A DNA stretch of 64,000 bases from Spirulina subsalsa PCC 9445 (GTDB taxonomy: Bacteria; Cyanobacteriota; Cyanobacteriia; Cyanobacteriales; Spirulinaceae). The position numbers were made by a program, and so were the translations under genes. A model generated the notes under the pieces. It did not search any database, was not told the DNA's origin, and worked only from the letters and a program-made list of their open reading frames with translations. The stretch spans positions 796,530 through 860,529 of the forward strand of contig NZ_JH980292.1 in assembly GCF_000314005.1 (NCBI RefSeq). The letters run 5' to 3'. Within the stretch, counting starts at the first letter, position 1, and the number at the start of each line of letters is the position of its first letter. Below are positions 26,829 through 36,904 of this stretch, in pieces.

Positions 26829-29800
26829 ATGCTCAACGCAATTCTCAAATGGTCGATCGCCCGACGCTGGATTGTCCTGATCGCCACTGTTCTAATCACC
26901 CTCTACGGTCTGCGCACCCTCGGCACAATGTCCTTGGATGTCTTTCCCAGCTTTGCCCCGCCCCAAGTCGAAATTCAAGCGGAAGCCCCCGGTTTAGCTC
27001 CAGAAGAGATAGAGTCCTTAGTGACACTACCCATTGAGAGCGTTGTTAATGGAACTCCGGGCGTGACGGCGGTGCGCTCTACCTCCGTCCCAGGCGCAGC
27101 AGCCGTGCGAATCGTCTTTAGCTGGGATACCGATATCTACCAAGCGCGTCAGCTAATCACCGAGCGGTTACAACAGGCTCAAGCCCGCCTCCCCGATGGC
27201 GTAGAAGCACCTCAGCTGGCCCCCCTTAACTCCCCCCTCGGCATCGTGTTGGAATACGCTTTCACCGCGAAAACAACGCCCCTGATGGAAGTACGGCAGT
27301 TGGTTGATCGGCAAGTGACCAACCGACTCCTAGCCGTCCCAGGCGTAACCCAAATCATCACCTTCGGCGGCGAAGAGCGACAGTATCAGGTCTTAGTAGA
27401 CCCCGCGAAACTTAACGCCTTTGGCATCACCCTAGCGGAAGTTAGCGCCGCCGCGGCCGCCGCCAACCAAAACGGGGCGGGGGGCTACTTGATCGATGCC
27501 GACCAAGAACTTCTGATTCGCGGCATTGGTCGCCTGGAAACCATCGAAGATTTGCAGCGCTCTGTGGTGACGGCGCGGCAGGGAACACCTGTGCTATTGC
27601 AAGACGTGGCCACGGTGACAATTGGACCAGCCCTCAAGCGAGGGGATGGCAGCCTCAATGGTCAACCCGCCCTCGTGATGTTAATTAACAAACAGCCTCT
27701 GGCAGACACACTGACAGTTACCCAACAAATCGAAGCTGCCCTAGAAGAAGTTCGTCCCAGCCTGCCTGAAGATGTCACCATTACCCGCACCTTTCGTCAG
27801 GCTGACTTTATTGAGGCTTCAATTCACAATGTACGGGACTCCCTACGGGACGGGGTGTTGATTGTGTCGGTGATTTTGCTGCTGTTTCTCATGAACTGGC
27901 GCACGGCGGCGATTACCCTCAGCGCAATTCCCCTGTCCATGCTGATCTGCCTGATCTTGTTGCACTGGCTCGGTCTAAGCGTTAACACCATGACCCTTGG
28001 GGGTCTAGCGGTTGCCATTGGCTCAGTGGTAGATGATTCCATTGTGGATATGGAGAACTGCTATCGAGGGCTACGCCGTAACCGTCAATTGGGCAACCCC
28101 AAGCATCCCTTTCAAGTGGTCTATGATACCTCGGTGGAAGTGCGCACCAGTGTCCTTTTTTCTACGGTGATCATCGCCGTGATTTTTGCGCCGATTTTTA
28201 GCTTGAGCGGGGTGGAGGGGCGCATTTTTGCCCCTATGGGCATCGCCTACCTTGTGGCTATTTTTGCCTCTACTCTGGTGGCACTGACCCTCTCCCCAGC
28301 CCTCTGTGCGTTTTTATTGGCCTATGCTCCCCTACCAGAGGATGATACTTGGGTGTCCCGTTGGAGTCAGAAACTCTATCAGCCTGCTCTAGGGTTGGCT
28401 CTGGGGAATTCTCGGCTCGTGCTATTGGTGGCACTCGGAACACTGGTGGCATCCTTGGCTATTGTGCCGGGTCTTGGGCGAGTGTTTTTACCGGAGTTTC
28501 AGGAGCGATCGCTGGTGGCTTCCATGAATCTATTCCCCGGCAGTTCCTTGGCGGCGACTAATCGGGCTGGATTAGCGGTGCAGGATGCTCTGAAGGATGA
28601 CCCACGCTTTGAAACGATTCAAATGCGCTCGGGTCGTTCCCCAGGGGATCCCCATATCGTCGGCTCTAACTTTGCGGAGTTGGATATCGAACTGAGTGAT
28701 CTGGGGATGCTAGATCGAGAGGATACCCTAGAAGCCTTGCGGGCGGAGTTGGAAAAACTTCCGGGAGCTCCCACCAGTGTGGGGGGCTTTATCTCCCACC
28801 GCATGGATGAGGTGTTGTCGGGGGTGCGTAGTGCGATCGCCGTTAAAATTTTTGGCCCCGACCTAGCCGAACTGCGCCGCTTGGGTACGGCCGTCACCGA
28901 GATCATGGCGAATGTCGAAGGGGTGGTTGACCTACAGCTTGCGCCCCAGCTACCCGTGCGTCAAGTTCAGATACACTTTGACCGAGATGCCTCCGCCCGC
29001 TATGGTCTAACCATCAGTACCCTAGCCGAAACCATCGAAACCGCACTGAATGGGCGTGTGGTTTCCCAGGTGCTAGAAAATCAGCAGCTTTTTGACTTAG
29101 TGGTGTGGTTTGACCCTAACGCTCGCCAAGACCTTGACAGTCTGCGCAACCTGTTAATCGATACCCCTAACGGACAACGCATTCCCTTAGCACAACTGGC
29201 TCAGGTGGACTATGGCACTGGCCCCAACTCCATCAGTCGAGAGAATGTGTCGCGGTTAATTGTCGTCTCGTCCAATGTGGCTGACCGCGATCTGGGTTCG
29301 GTGATTGCTGATATTCAAACCCAAGTCCGTCAGCAGATTACGCTGCCATCGGGCTATTTCATCCAGTATGGCGGTCAGTTTGAGTCGGAGCAACGAGCCA
29401 CCCAAAACCTGCTGATGTTCGGGGCGTTGGCACTGGTGGTCATTTCTGTGCTGATGTATTTTACGGTCAAGTCAGTTCCAGCAACGGTGATGATTATGTT
29501 GAATCTGCCTTTGGCCATCGTGGGGGGGATGTTCTCGGTGGCGATTAGCGGCGGTGTGCTTTCAGTGGCATCATTAGTCGGATTTATTACCCTGTTCGGG
29601 GTAGCGGTACGCAATGGCTTGCTCTTGGTCGATAACTATAACCAAAAGCTGGCGATGGGTATGTCTCTCCCTCATGTTCTCTCTACAGGGTCAATGGAAC
29701 GGCTCAATGCTATCTTAATGACCGCGTTCACCTCGGCTCTGGGGATGCTGCCTTTAGTCATCAATGCTGGTCCAGGTCGGGAAATCTTACAACCTCTAGC

Positions 29801-29966
29801 GGTGGTGGTTTTAGGGGGATTGTTCACCTCCACAGCCCTGACTTTAATGGTACTACCATCCCTCTATGCAGAGTTTGGTCGCTATTTGCTGCCGACGACC
29901 CGTTATAACACCATTCAAGTGGAGGCTGAAATAGAAAGGCCAAACCAACCCATTCATCCCACCTAA
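26829..29966 (+). CDS. Heavy-metal efflux RND pump (CusA/CzcA family)
   Basis: 1045 aa with 12 TM helices and two large periplasmic loops. The MLNAILKWSIARRWIVLIATVLI N-terminus is typical of HME-RND pumps. Confidence 0.85.
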   Translation: MLNAILKWSIARRWIVLIATVLITLYGLRTLGTMSLDVFPSFAPPQVEIQAEAPGLAPEEIESLVTLPIESVVNGTPGVTAVRSTSVPGAAAVRIVFSWDTDIYQARQLITERLQQAQARLPDGVEAPQLAPLNSPLGIVLEYAFTAKTTPLMEVRQLVDRQVTNRLLAVPGVTQIITFGGEERQYQVLVDPAKLNAFGITLAEVSAAAAAANQNGAGGYLIDADQELLIRGIGRLETIEDLQRSVVTARQGTPVLLQDVATVTIGPALKRGDGSLNGQPALVMLINKQPLADTLTVTQQIEAALEEVRPSLPEDVTITRTFRQADFIEASIHNVRDSLRDGVLIVSVILLLFLMNWRTAAITLSAIPLSMLICLILLHWLGLSVNTMTLGGLAVAIGSVVDDSIVDMENCYRGLRRNRQLGNPKHPFQVVYDTSVEVRTSVLFSTVIIAVIFAPIFSLSGVEGRIFAPMGIAYLVAIFASTLVALTLSPALCAFLLAYAPLPEDDTWVSRWSQKLYQPALGLALGNSRLVLLVALGTLVASLAIVPGLGRVFLPEFQERSLVASMNLFPGSSLAATNRAGLAVQDALKDDPRFETIQMRSGRSPGDPHIVGSNFAELDIELSDLGMLDREDTLEALRAELEKLPGAPTSVGGFISHRMDEVLSGVRSAIAVKIFGPDLAELRRLGTAVTEIMANVEGVVDLQLAPQLPVRQVQIHFDRDASARYGLTISTLAETIETALNGRVVSQVLENQQLFDLVVWFDPNARQDLDSLRNLLIDTPNGQRIPLAQLAQVDYGTGPNSISRENVSRLIVVSSNVADRDLGSVIADIQTQVRQQITLPSGYFIQYGGQFESEQRATQNLLMFGALALVVISVLMYFTVKSVPATVMIMLNLPLAIVGGMFSVAISGGVLSVASLVGFITLFGVAVRNGLLLVDNYNQKLAMGMSLPHVLSTGSMERLNAILMTAFTSALGMLPLVINAGPGREILQPLAVVVLGGLFTSTALTLMVLPSLYAEFGRYLLPTTRYNTIQVEAEIERPNQPIHPT

Positions 29967-30019
29967 TGTCGGGATATTTCTGTTTTTTATACCTTTTTTC
30001 TAACTTTTGGAGATAGTTT

Positions 30020-30505
30020 ATGAATTCTCGGTTTTGCCAAGCTCTTTTGATTACTGGAGTTGTCGCCCTAACGGCCTGCGGTAATGCCAACATGGTCACG
30101 GATTCTAATGACACGGTTGAAGCAAATTCAACTGCAACACCTTCAACTGAAACAACTGCGGCGGAGGCCCCCACCCCTGATCACAGCGTTCCTAGCTTTG
30201 GCGGTCAAGTGGTGGAAACTGGTGCTTATCATTTTGAGTTAGTCCCGGTGCCTGAAGCCAATGGGATTCACTTGGATCTGTATTTACAAACGGGTGATAC
30301 CCATGAAGCGATCGCCGATGCCCAGGTGGTGGCTCAGGTACAGCTTCCTGATGGTACGTTCAAAGAAATTCCCATGGAATATGATGTTGCTGGGGAACAT
30401 TTCTTTGCGTTTTTCCCAACTTCGGGAACTGGGGAATACAAAACCGTGATTCAGACGGATATCCAAGGGGAGAAAGTCAACGCTCGGTTCAGTTTTTCCA
30501 AATAA
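30020..30505 (+). CDS. Small periplasmic lipoprotein downstream of the RND pump. Possible metal-binding accessory protein (CopC-position gene).
   Basis: Lipobox LTAC, an S/T-rich linker, and a beta-rich domain of about 100 aa. The functional call is from operon context only. Confidence 0.45.
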   Translation: MNSRFCQALLITGVVALTACGNANMVTDSNDTVEANSTATPSTETTAAEAPTPDHSVPSFGGQVVETGAYHFELVPVPEANGIHLDLYLQTGDTHEAIADAQVVAQVQLPDGTFKEIPMEYDVAGEHFFAFFPTSGTGEYKTVIQTDIQGEKVNARFSFSK

Positions 30506-30528
30506 ATGGCTCTTTGTCCAAAAATGGC

Positions 30529-30572
30529 GACGCACTCCCCCACCTCGCGCTCTCCCAGGTGGGGAGTGCTTC
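30529..30572. repeat. Hairpin GCACTCCCCCACCT-loop-AGGTGGGGAGTGC between the convergent lipoprotein and HD-domain genes. Likely bidirectional terminator.
   Basis: 13-14 bp stem read directly. Paralogous to 49676-49716. Confidence 0.5.
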
Positions 30573-30652
30573 GTGAGCCACTTCTGCACGGTATTTTCAT
30601 GTTTTCCGGCAGAGAATGCGATCGCACTGACCGTTCAAGCATTTTCTACAAA

Positions 30653-31138
30653 CTACCAGTCAAAACCCCCCAAAATTATTGTAATCTGGGAGAACAGGAA
30701 TCCAGCCTCCTTTGACTTTAAACGGGGTAGGACTTGCTGATATTTCTGGAGTCGGCGATAGTCCTTTTCGGTGGGTTGTGGGATGCGGCTAATGTCCATA
30801 TTGTCGGTCATATCGGCGATTTTGACTCCTAGGGCGATCGCATTTTCCATCACACGCTGTAAATACTGCTCATAGTCTTCTCCCGGTCGTTTGGTAATAG
30901 CATCCAAGGCTTGAATCACCGGGTCAGAAAACCCTAAATCCCTTAACTGGTCTAGGGTCAAGTCGGAATCCTCAACCGCATCATGTAACACACCAACGAT
31001 TTTTTCCTCCAGTGAGGGAAGGGCGGCCATCACCCGTAAAGGATGGTCAATATAGGGTTTTCCGGCCTTATCCACCTGTCCAGCATGACATTGTTTGGCC
31101 AAGGCGATCGCGTTTTCCAGCCCAGAATCTTTACTCAT
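30653..31138 (-). CDS. HD-domain phosphohydrolase (small RelA/SpoT-like hydrolase type)
   Basis: H...HDxxED motifs (YIDHPLRV, LHDAVED) and IADMTDNMD. The start is most likely the internal ATG MSKDSG rather than the upstream TTG. Confidence 0.6.
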   Translation of the reverse strand: MSKDSGLENAIALAKQCHAGQVDKAGKPYIDHPLRVMAALPSLEEKIVGVLHDAVEDSDLTLDQLRDLGFSDPVIQALDAITKRPGEDYEQYLQRVMENAIALGVKIADMTDNMDISRIPQPTEKDYRRLQKYQQVLPRLKSKEAGFLFSQITIILGGFDW

Positions 31139-31252
31139 TCGTACCCTCAAAATCATCTTTGTCTATACTGAAGTTAATCGGTTTAACCGTCCAGAAGTAG
31201 ACCCCGCACCATCCTTTACGGCACATCATTCAACCTAGGGGGAAAAGCCGCC

Positions 31253-32749
31253 GTGACCAAAAAAATCGTCGAAAATCAATACTTACAAGAAGTTCTCGAA
31301 GAACAGCAACAACTCGATCGTCAACTCAACAAAAGAGCGCGTAGATCCCCTCCCCCTCCCCCACCACAAGCTGCCCCGAAACCCGGTGCGCCAACCGTTG
31401 AGCCAACCGATGAATTATTTGCGATCGCCGAAGAACCTCTATTGAGTCAACCCTCTCCCAGTACCCCCCCTCCCCTCAACATGGACAAAACTCCTAGCCG
31501 TGCCATTGATTACAAAGTCGTCGGTTTTTTATGGTGGAAAAGTGTCATTGTTCCCCCCAATGCCTACGTCATCCATACCCGCCGAGGTCATAGCCAACCC
31601 ATCCATCTCGGACGAGGAATTTCCTTCCGTTTTAATCCCCTGACTGACGCTTTTTTAGTCATTCCTTCCGCCGTCCAAACGATTTTAATTAACGCCCGAT
31701 GTATTTGTTTAGAAAAACAAGGAATTTTAGTTCAAGCCTATGTTCAGTGGATTATTGACGACCTTCAAACCGCTTACTGGAAACTCGATTTTTCCGACCC
31801 CGAAGATCCGATGGGCATTGTTAATCTACAACTCCGAGAACAAGCCGAAGCCGCCATTAAAGACAAAGTAGCGACCCTCAGTATTGATGAAGTTTTAAGC
31901 GACAAACAGCCCATCATCGAAGAGTTAACCTATCGTTTACGAACCGTGGCAGAAGGGAGCGCCGAAGATGGGGGAAACGCCCAAGGTTTAGGCTTAAAAA
32001 TCGTCACCGTTCAGATTAAAGATGCTGTAGTTAGCTCTACCACATTATGGGAAAATTTGCAAGTTCCTTTTCGGTCAGAACGGCAAAAACTCGCCCGTTT
32101 AGCCGAACTAGAAAATGAGCAAGTTGTCAATGATTTAGAGCGAGAAAACCGACTGAGGAACGAGCGCGCAGATTTAGAAGTAACCAGTCAATTAGAGCAA
32201 CTCAAAGCGGAGCAAGAACAAGCCCAATATAATCGCGAATATGCCGAACGAAATCGCCGTCAACAGATGGAAGAAACAGCCGCACGTCAAAAGCTGGCGG
32301 AAGAAAATGCTACCGCACAAGTGCGTCAGGAAGGGGAGTTAGAATTAGCCTTACAAGCATTAGCCTTAGAACAGCGTCGTCTGACGGCAGAAATGGAAAA
32401 ATTGCGCCAACAAATGCAGTTAGATGCACTACAATCTGAACAAAATCGCGCTTTATTGACCACAGAATTAGAACTGGCTCAAATGCGAGATTTTGCCCAA
32501 GTTCAAGCGGCACAACGACAGTTAGAATTAGAACGACAACGGAGGGCGATTGAAAATGATCTCTCAGAAGCGCATCTCAAAGCCCGACTCATTGCGGAAT
32601 TACCGAGTATTGCCGAAAATCTCCCCGCTCCCAATCAACAAAATATGACCATAATTAGTACCGATGGACAAGAAACGGCTGCTAATTCGTTATTGAGTTT
32701 TTTGTCAACGGTTTTGAGTTTATTTCCAAGTCAAAACCCGGAAGACTAA
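31253..32749 (+). CDS. SPFH/band-7 (flotillin-like) protein with a Pro-rich N-terminus and a long E/Q/R/A-rich coiled-coil
   Basis: SPFH-like core (YVIHTRRGH..PIHLGRGISFRFNPLTDAFLV...LVQAYVQWIIDD) followed by about 200 aa of predicted coiled coil. Confidence 0.4.
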   Translation: MTKKIVENQYLQEVLEEQQQLDRQLNKRARRSPPPPPPQAAPKPGAPTVEPTDELFAIAEEPLLSQPSPSTPPPLNMDKTPSRAIDYKVVGFLWWKSVIVPPNAYVIHTRRGHSQPIHLGRGISFRFNPLTDAFLVIPSAVQTILINARCICLEKQGILVQAYVQWIIDDLQTAYWKLDFSDPEDPMGIVNLQLREQAEAAIKDKVATLSIDEVLSDKQPIIEELTYRLRTVAEGSAEDGGNAQGLGLKIVTVQIKDAVVSSTTLWENLQVPFRSERQKLARLAELENEQVVNDLERENRLRNERADLEVTSQLEQLKAEQEQAQYNREYAERNRRQQMEETAARQKLAEENATAQVRQEGELELALQALALEQRRLTAEMEKLRQQMQLDALQSEQNRALLTTELELAQMRDFAQVQAAQRQLELERQRRAIENDLSEAHLKARLIAELPSIAENLPAPNQQNMTIISTDGQETAANSLLSFLSTVLSLFPSQNPED

Positions 32750-32758
32750 ACCATTACC

Positions 32759-32849
32759 CCTCGTAGGTTTCTATCTCTCGTAGGTTGGGTGAAGCGAAAG
32801 CATAACCCAACAAAGCACTAGGTTGGGTGAAGCGAAAGCATAACCCAAC
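32759..32849. repeat. Tandem array (2 full units plus 1 partial) of the REP-like unit TAGGTTGGGTGAAGCGAAAGCATAACCCAAC
   Basis: Direct repeat with a 36-bp period, each unit a hairpin. Same family as 297-334. Confidence 0.65.
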
Positions 32850-32907
32850 AAATCACCCAAAAACTATAGCCAAAACTTCAACCAAAGCCAAACAACCAAT
32901 CTAACGT

Positions 32908-34338
32908 TTATTGATTCAAGGGCAGCTTAATCACAAACTCAGAACCTTCTCCCAAAGTAGAAGAACAAGTCAAAGTCCCTTGGTGTTTCTGGGTAATAAT
33001 ATCATAACTAATGGATAGACCCAAACCTGTCCCTTTTCCCGTGGGTTTTGTCGTAAAGAAAGTGTCAAAAATGCGGTTTTTGACTTGAGGAGACATTCCC
33101 ATTGCATTGTCAGCAATACGAATCACTACATCATCCCCTTCTGTTAGAGTTTGAATGTGAATAGTGGGACTTTTACCTTGGGTAAAATGACCTTTTAGCT
33201 GGGCTTCATCGAGGGCATCAATGGCATTGCCCAGTAAATTCATAAAGACTTGATTCAGTAAGCCACTGTAACAGAGAATATCCTCGGGTAATTGTCCGTA
33301 ATCTTGAACGACAATGATTTCAGGATGGTCATTTTTAGCTTTTAAACGAGGTTTTAAAATCATCAAGGTTGAATCTAGACCTTGATGAATATTGGTAGGT
33401 TTCATCACCTCATCATCTAAGCGGGAAAAATGTCTTAACGATTGGACAATTTGACGAATTCTTTCCGTCCCCACTTGCATTGAGGTCAAAGTTTTAGGAA
33501 AATCTTCCATCAGGAATTCTACATCAATAGCTTCCGCTTCCTCGGCAATTTCAGCATGAGGTTCTGGATAATGCTGTTGATAAAGTTCCAACAACCCAAT
33601 CAAATCGTTAGCATATTCTAAGGCAGGATTCAAGTTACCGTAAACAAAATTAACGGGGTTGTTAATTTCATGAGCGACTCCAGCCACCAATTGACCTAAA
33701 CTGGATAATTTTTCACTTTGAACCAGTAATGATTGAGTTTGATGGAGTTGGGTTAGGGTTCTTTTAAGTTGTTCAGTTTGGGCTTTATAGCGGCGCTCTG
33801 ATTGTTTTAAAGCTTGTTCGGTTCTTTTGCGTTCTGTAATATCAATGACAAAGCCTTCATAAAAACAAATATTACCCGCCGTATCTCGAACAACTTCGGC
33901 ATTTTCAGAAATCCAAATAATCTCACCAGAATAGTGATAAACCTGCACCTCAAAATCCCGGACATAGCCTTGTAGATACATCAACTCAACAAACTCTTGT
34001 CGTTTCTCCGGGTTGACATAAAGCTGTGTTTGAACGTCTGTTAAACAACTTAGGAGATGTTCGGGGGAAGTATAACCATAAATCCGGGCTAGGGCGGGAT
34101 TTGCTTCTAATAGTTTGCCATCGGGTGTTGTTCTAAAAATTCCCACATTAATGTTATTGAACAAACTGCTATACTGCTGTTCTAACTTACAGTTTTTCTG
34201 AATCGTTTTGGAGAGAGCTTGTTCAAGTTTAGCGATTTGCGGTAAATCAGGGCTGTTGGCAGGAGGAGAGTGGCAAGAACTCGCTACTCTCTCAAGGGTT
34301 TGATTACCAAATAGGGGCTGATCATTGTCAATAAACAT
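32908..34338 (-). CDS. PAS-domain sensor histidine kinase (cytoplasmic)
   Basis: PAS region, H-box VAHEINNPVNFV, and HATPase motifs GTGLGLSISYDI. Confidence 0.85.
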   Translation of the reverse strand: MFIDNDQPLFGNQTLERVASSCHSPPANSPDLPQIAKLEQALSKTIQKNCKLEQQYSSLFNNINVGIFRTTPDGKLLEANPALARIYGYTSPEHLLSCLTDVQTQLYVNPEKRQEFVELMYLQGYVRDFEVQVYHYSGEIIWISENAEVVRDTAGNICFYEGFVIDITERKRTEQALKQSERRYKAQTEQLKRTLTQLHQTQSLLVQSEKLSSLGQLVAGVAHEINNPVNFVYGNLNPALEYANDLIGLLELYQQHYPEPHAEIAEEAEAIDVEFLMEDFPKTLTSMQVGTERIRQIVQSLRHFSRLDDEVMKPTNIHQGLDSTLMILKPRLKAKNDHPEIIVVQDYGQLPEDILCYSGLLNQVFMNLLGNAIDALDEAQLKGHFTQGKSPTIHIQTLTEGDDVVIRIADNAMGMSPQVKNRIFDTFFTTKPTGKGTGLGLSISYDIITQKHQGTLTCSSTLGEGSEFVIKLPLNQ

Positions 34339-34775
34339 GGTCTTTGGGGAATTCTGCTGTTTTTCGTTTGGGTTTAGGAAATAGAGTTTAAGAGATGGTT
34401 TTAAACTCGGTTAAGTTATGCTATTTAACTTAATCATGTAATCACTCAACTGAGTCATTTTTAGATGGCGTGTTAGTCAATTTTTCTCAGTATCACAGGT
34501 AGTCTCTTCTGTCCTAAATTTTCGACTATTTCCCAAAACGTAAACGCTCTATATTCATTATCAACCCATGAGAGGAAATTGAACGTGATATCTATCCAGA
34601 ATTAGACGTGATGGAATCCCTAAATTGCCGTGATTTGTGAACTCATTTGTTGTGATCTAAATCATAAGAAGTGGGCAAGGTTCAATCAATCTCTTGTGAG
34701 TTCTGGAAGAAGACCCGAGGGAAAAGTTCAAATTCTCTCTCCCCCTTGGGGGGATGATAGTCTAGAATATTGAGC

Positions 34776-34819
34776 GCGAATGGCTAGGCAACGCTTCGCG
34801 AATGGCTAGGCAACGCTTC
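34776..34819. repeat. Perfect 22-bp tandem duplication (GCGAATGGCTAGGCAACGCTTC x2) spanning the dnaA 5' region
   Basis: Read directly. It creates the upstream in-frame ATG at 34802. Confidence 0.8.
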
Positions 34820-34846
34820 GCGAACGCAGTTCACCCCTTTGGCGAC

Positions 34847-36199
34847 ATGACCCCTGAACAACTCTGGAATCAAGTTTTAATCCGTTTGGAACATCAGTTA
34901 AGTCGTCCAACCTTTGACACTTGGATTAAAAGCATCACCGTACAAGTTTGGCGCGATCGCCTTTTAGTCCTCTGCGCCCCCAATCCCTTTGCTCGCAACT
35001 GGTTACAGAAACACTATCTCGGCATCCTGACCGAAGTCGTCACCGACATTTTAGGTTACGACGTGGAAATCCAACTTACCAGCCACTCCGAAGACGGTCA
35101 AGGCATTGTCTGGCCCGTACAGGATGCACCCCCCGCCGAAAACGAACGCGATCGCCCCTCAGAAGACCACCAACCCCGTCCCACCCCCTTTAACCTCAAA
35201 TATAGCTTTTCCCGCTTTGTCGTCGGTTCTAACAACCGCATGGCCCACGCCGCCTCCTTAGCCGTTGCCGAATCCCCCGGCCGAGAATTTAACCCCCTCT
35301 TCCTCTGTGGAGGAGTTGGTTTAGGCAAAACCCACCTCATGCAGGCCATTGGTCACTATCGCCTTGAAATTAACCCCGACTCCCGCGTATTCTACGTTTC
35401 CACCGAAAAATTCACCAACGACCTCATCACCGCCATTCGTCAGGACAGTATGCAGAGTTTCCGCGACCACTACCGGGCCGCCGATGTTCTGTTAGTCGAT
35501 GACCTGCAATTCATCGAAGGCAAAGAATACACCCAAGAAGAATTTTTTTACACCTTTAACACCCTCCACGAAACTGGAAAACAAGTCGTTTTAGCCGCCG
35601 ACCGTCCCCCCAACCAAATCCCCCGCTTACAAGACCGTCTCTGTTCCCGTTTTTCTATGGGATTAATCGCCGACATTCAACTCCCCGACTTAGAAACCCG
35701 TATGGCCATCCTCCAGAAAAAAGCCGAAGACGAAAAAATGCGCCTCCCTCGGGACATTGTGGAATTTATCGCCACCACCTACACCTCCAACATCCGGGAA
35801 CTCGAAGGCGCCCTCATACGCACCTTAACCTATATATCTATTTCCGGTTTACCCCTGACCGTAGAAAACATTGCCCCCATCCTCAACTCCCCCATCGAAA
35901 AAATCACCGCCTCCCCCAGTGCTATATTGAACGCGATCGCCGAAGTGCTAAACGTCTCCATAGAAGACCTGCGCAGCAACTCCCGACGACGGGAAATCAG
36001 TTGGGCCCGGCAAATCGGAATGTATTTAATGCGTCAATATACCGATTTGAGTCTACCCCGCATTGGGGAAGAATTTGGGGGAAAAGACCATACAACCGTT
36101 CTCTATAGTTGTGAAAAAATTGCCCAACTCAAGCAGAAGGATAGCCAATTGAACGAGATTTTACGCCAAGTGAGCGATCGCATTGCCCTTAAGACTTGA
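34847..36199 (+). CDS. dnaA: Chromosomal replication initiator DnaA
   Basis: [16 protein letters not shown]-terminus, AAA+ Walker [11 protein letters not shown], and a C-terminal DnaA-box-binding domain. The preferred start is 34847, not the 34802 ATG created by the duplication. Confidence 0.9.
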   Translation: MTPEQLWNQVLIRLEHQLSRPTFDTWIKSITVQVWRDRLLVLCAPNPFARNWLQKHYLGILTEVVTDILGYDVEIQLTSHSEDGQGIVWPVQDAPPAENERDRPSEDHQPRPTPFNLKYSFSRFVVGSNNRMAHAASLAVAESPGREFNPLFLCGGVGLGKTHLMQAIGHYRLEINPDSRVFYVSTEKFTNDLITAIRQDSMQSFRDHYRAADVLLVDDLQFIEGKEYTQEEFFYTFNTLHETGKQVVLAADRPPNQIPRLQDRLCSRFSMGLIADIQLPDLETRMAILQKKAEDEKMRLPRDIVEFIATTYTSNIRELEGALIRTLTYISISGLPLTVENIAPILNSPIEKITASPSAILNAIAEVLNVSIEDLRSNSRRREISWARQIGMYLMRQYTDLSLPRIGEEFGGKDHTTVLYSCEKIAQLKQKDSQLNEILRQVSDRIALKT

Positions 36200-36320
36200 T
36201 TTGACCCAACCCAGTTACAAAACTTAACCCTCCAAACCCAGAGAATCAGTCAATCTCTTCCTAACTGACCCTCCGAGTCGCTAAACTGATTGAAGTTATT
36301 TTTTGATTAATCCCGATAGT

Positions 36321-36806
36321 ATGAGCGTCGTTAGCCAAGTTATTCTCAAAGCAGATGATGAACTCCGCTACCCCAGTAGCGGAGAACTAAAAAGCATTGG
36401 TGCCTTCCTAGAAACAGGAGTGCAACGGATGCGCATTGCCGAAACCCTAGCCGAAAACGAGCAGAAAATTGTAGACAAAGCCAGCAAAGAACTCTGGAAA
36501 AAGCGGCCAGACTTCATTGCTCCAGGCGGCAACGCCTACGGCCAACGTCAACGAGCGCTATGTTTACGTGACTATGGATGGTATCTCCGTTTAGTCACCT
36601 ACGGAGTCCTGGCCGGAGACAAAGACCCCATTGAAAAAATCGGTTTAATCGGAGTCCGCGAAATGTACAACGCCCTCAACGTTCCCGTTGTCGGCATGGT
36701 TGAAGCCATTCGCTGCCTCAAAGACGCTTCTTTAGGTCTACTCAGTACCGAAGACGCTCAAGAAGCCGCCCCTTACTTCGACTACATTATTCAGGCGATG
36801 TCCTAA
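36321..36806 (+). CDS. apcD: Allophycocyanin alpha-B subunit
   Basis: [26 protein letters not shown]...[25 protein letters not shown]...[12 protein letters not shown] closely matches ApcD. Confidence 0.8.
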   Translation: MSVVSQVILKADDELRYPSSGELKSIGAFLETGVQRMRIAETLAENEQKIVDKASKELWKKRPDFIAPGGNAYGQRQRALCLRDYGWYLRLVTYGVLAGDKDPIEKIGLIGVREMYNALNVPVVGMVEAIRCLKDASLGLLSTEDAQEAAPYFDYIIQAMS

Positions 36807-36904
36807 GCAAACATCTACCCTGTGGACTATGCTGTTTTTTCCTACGTCCAGATTCTCTCTAGAATAAGGACGTAGGAATCCCAAGTTAACTTCATGGAGT
36901 CCCC

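Noticed and set aside
34339-34800. oriC upstream of dnaA
   Set aside because: No cluster of DnaA-box-like 9-mers was seen by eye and no dnaN is downstream. An origin is not called here.
36840-36877. 10-bp hairpin TCCTACGTCC...GGACGTAGGA after apcD as an intrinsic terminator
   Set aside because: On the plus strand the T-run precedes rather than follows the stem. It may still be a processing or stability hairpin, but it is not a canonical rho-independent terminator.
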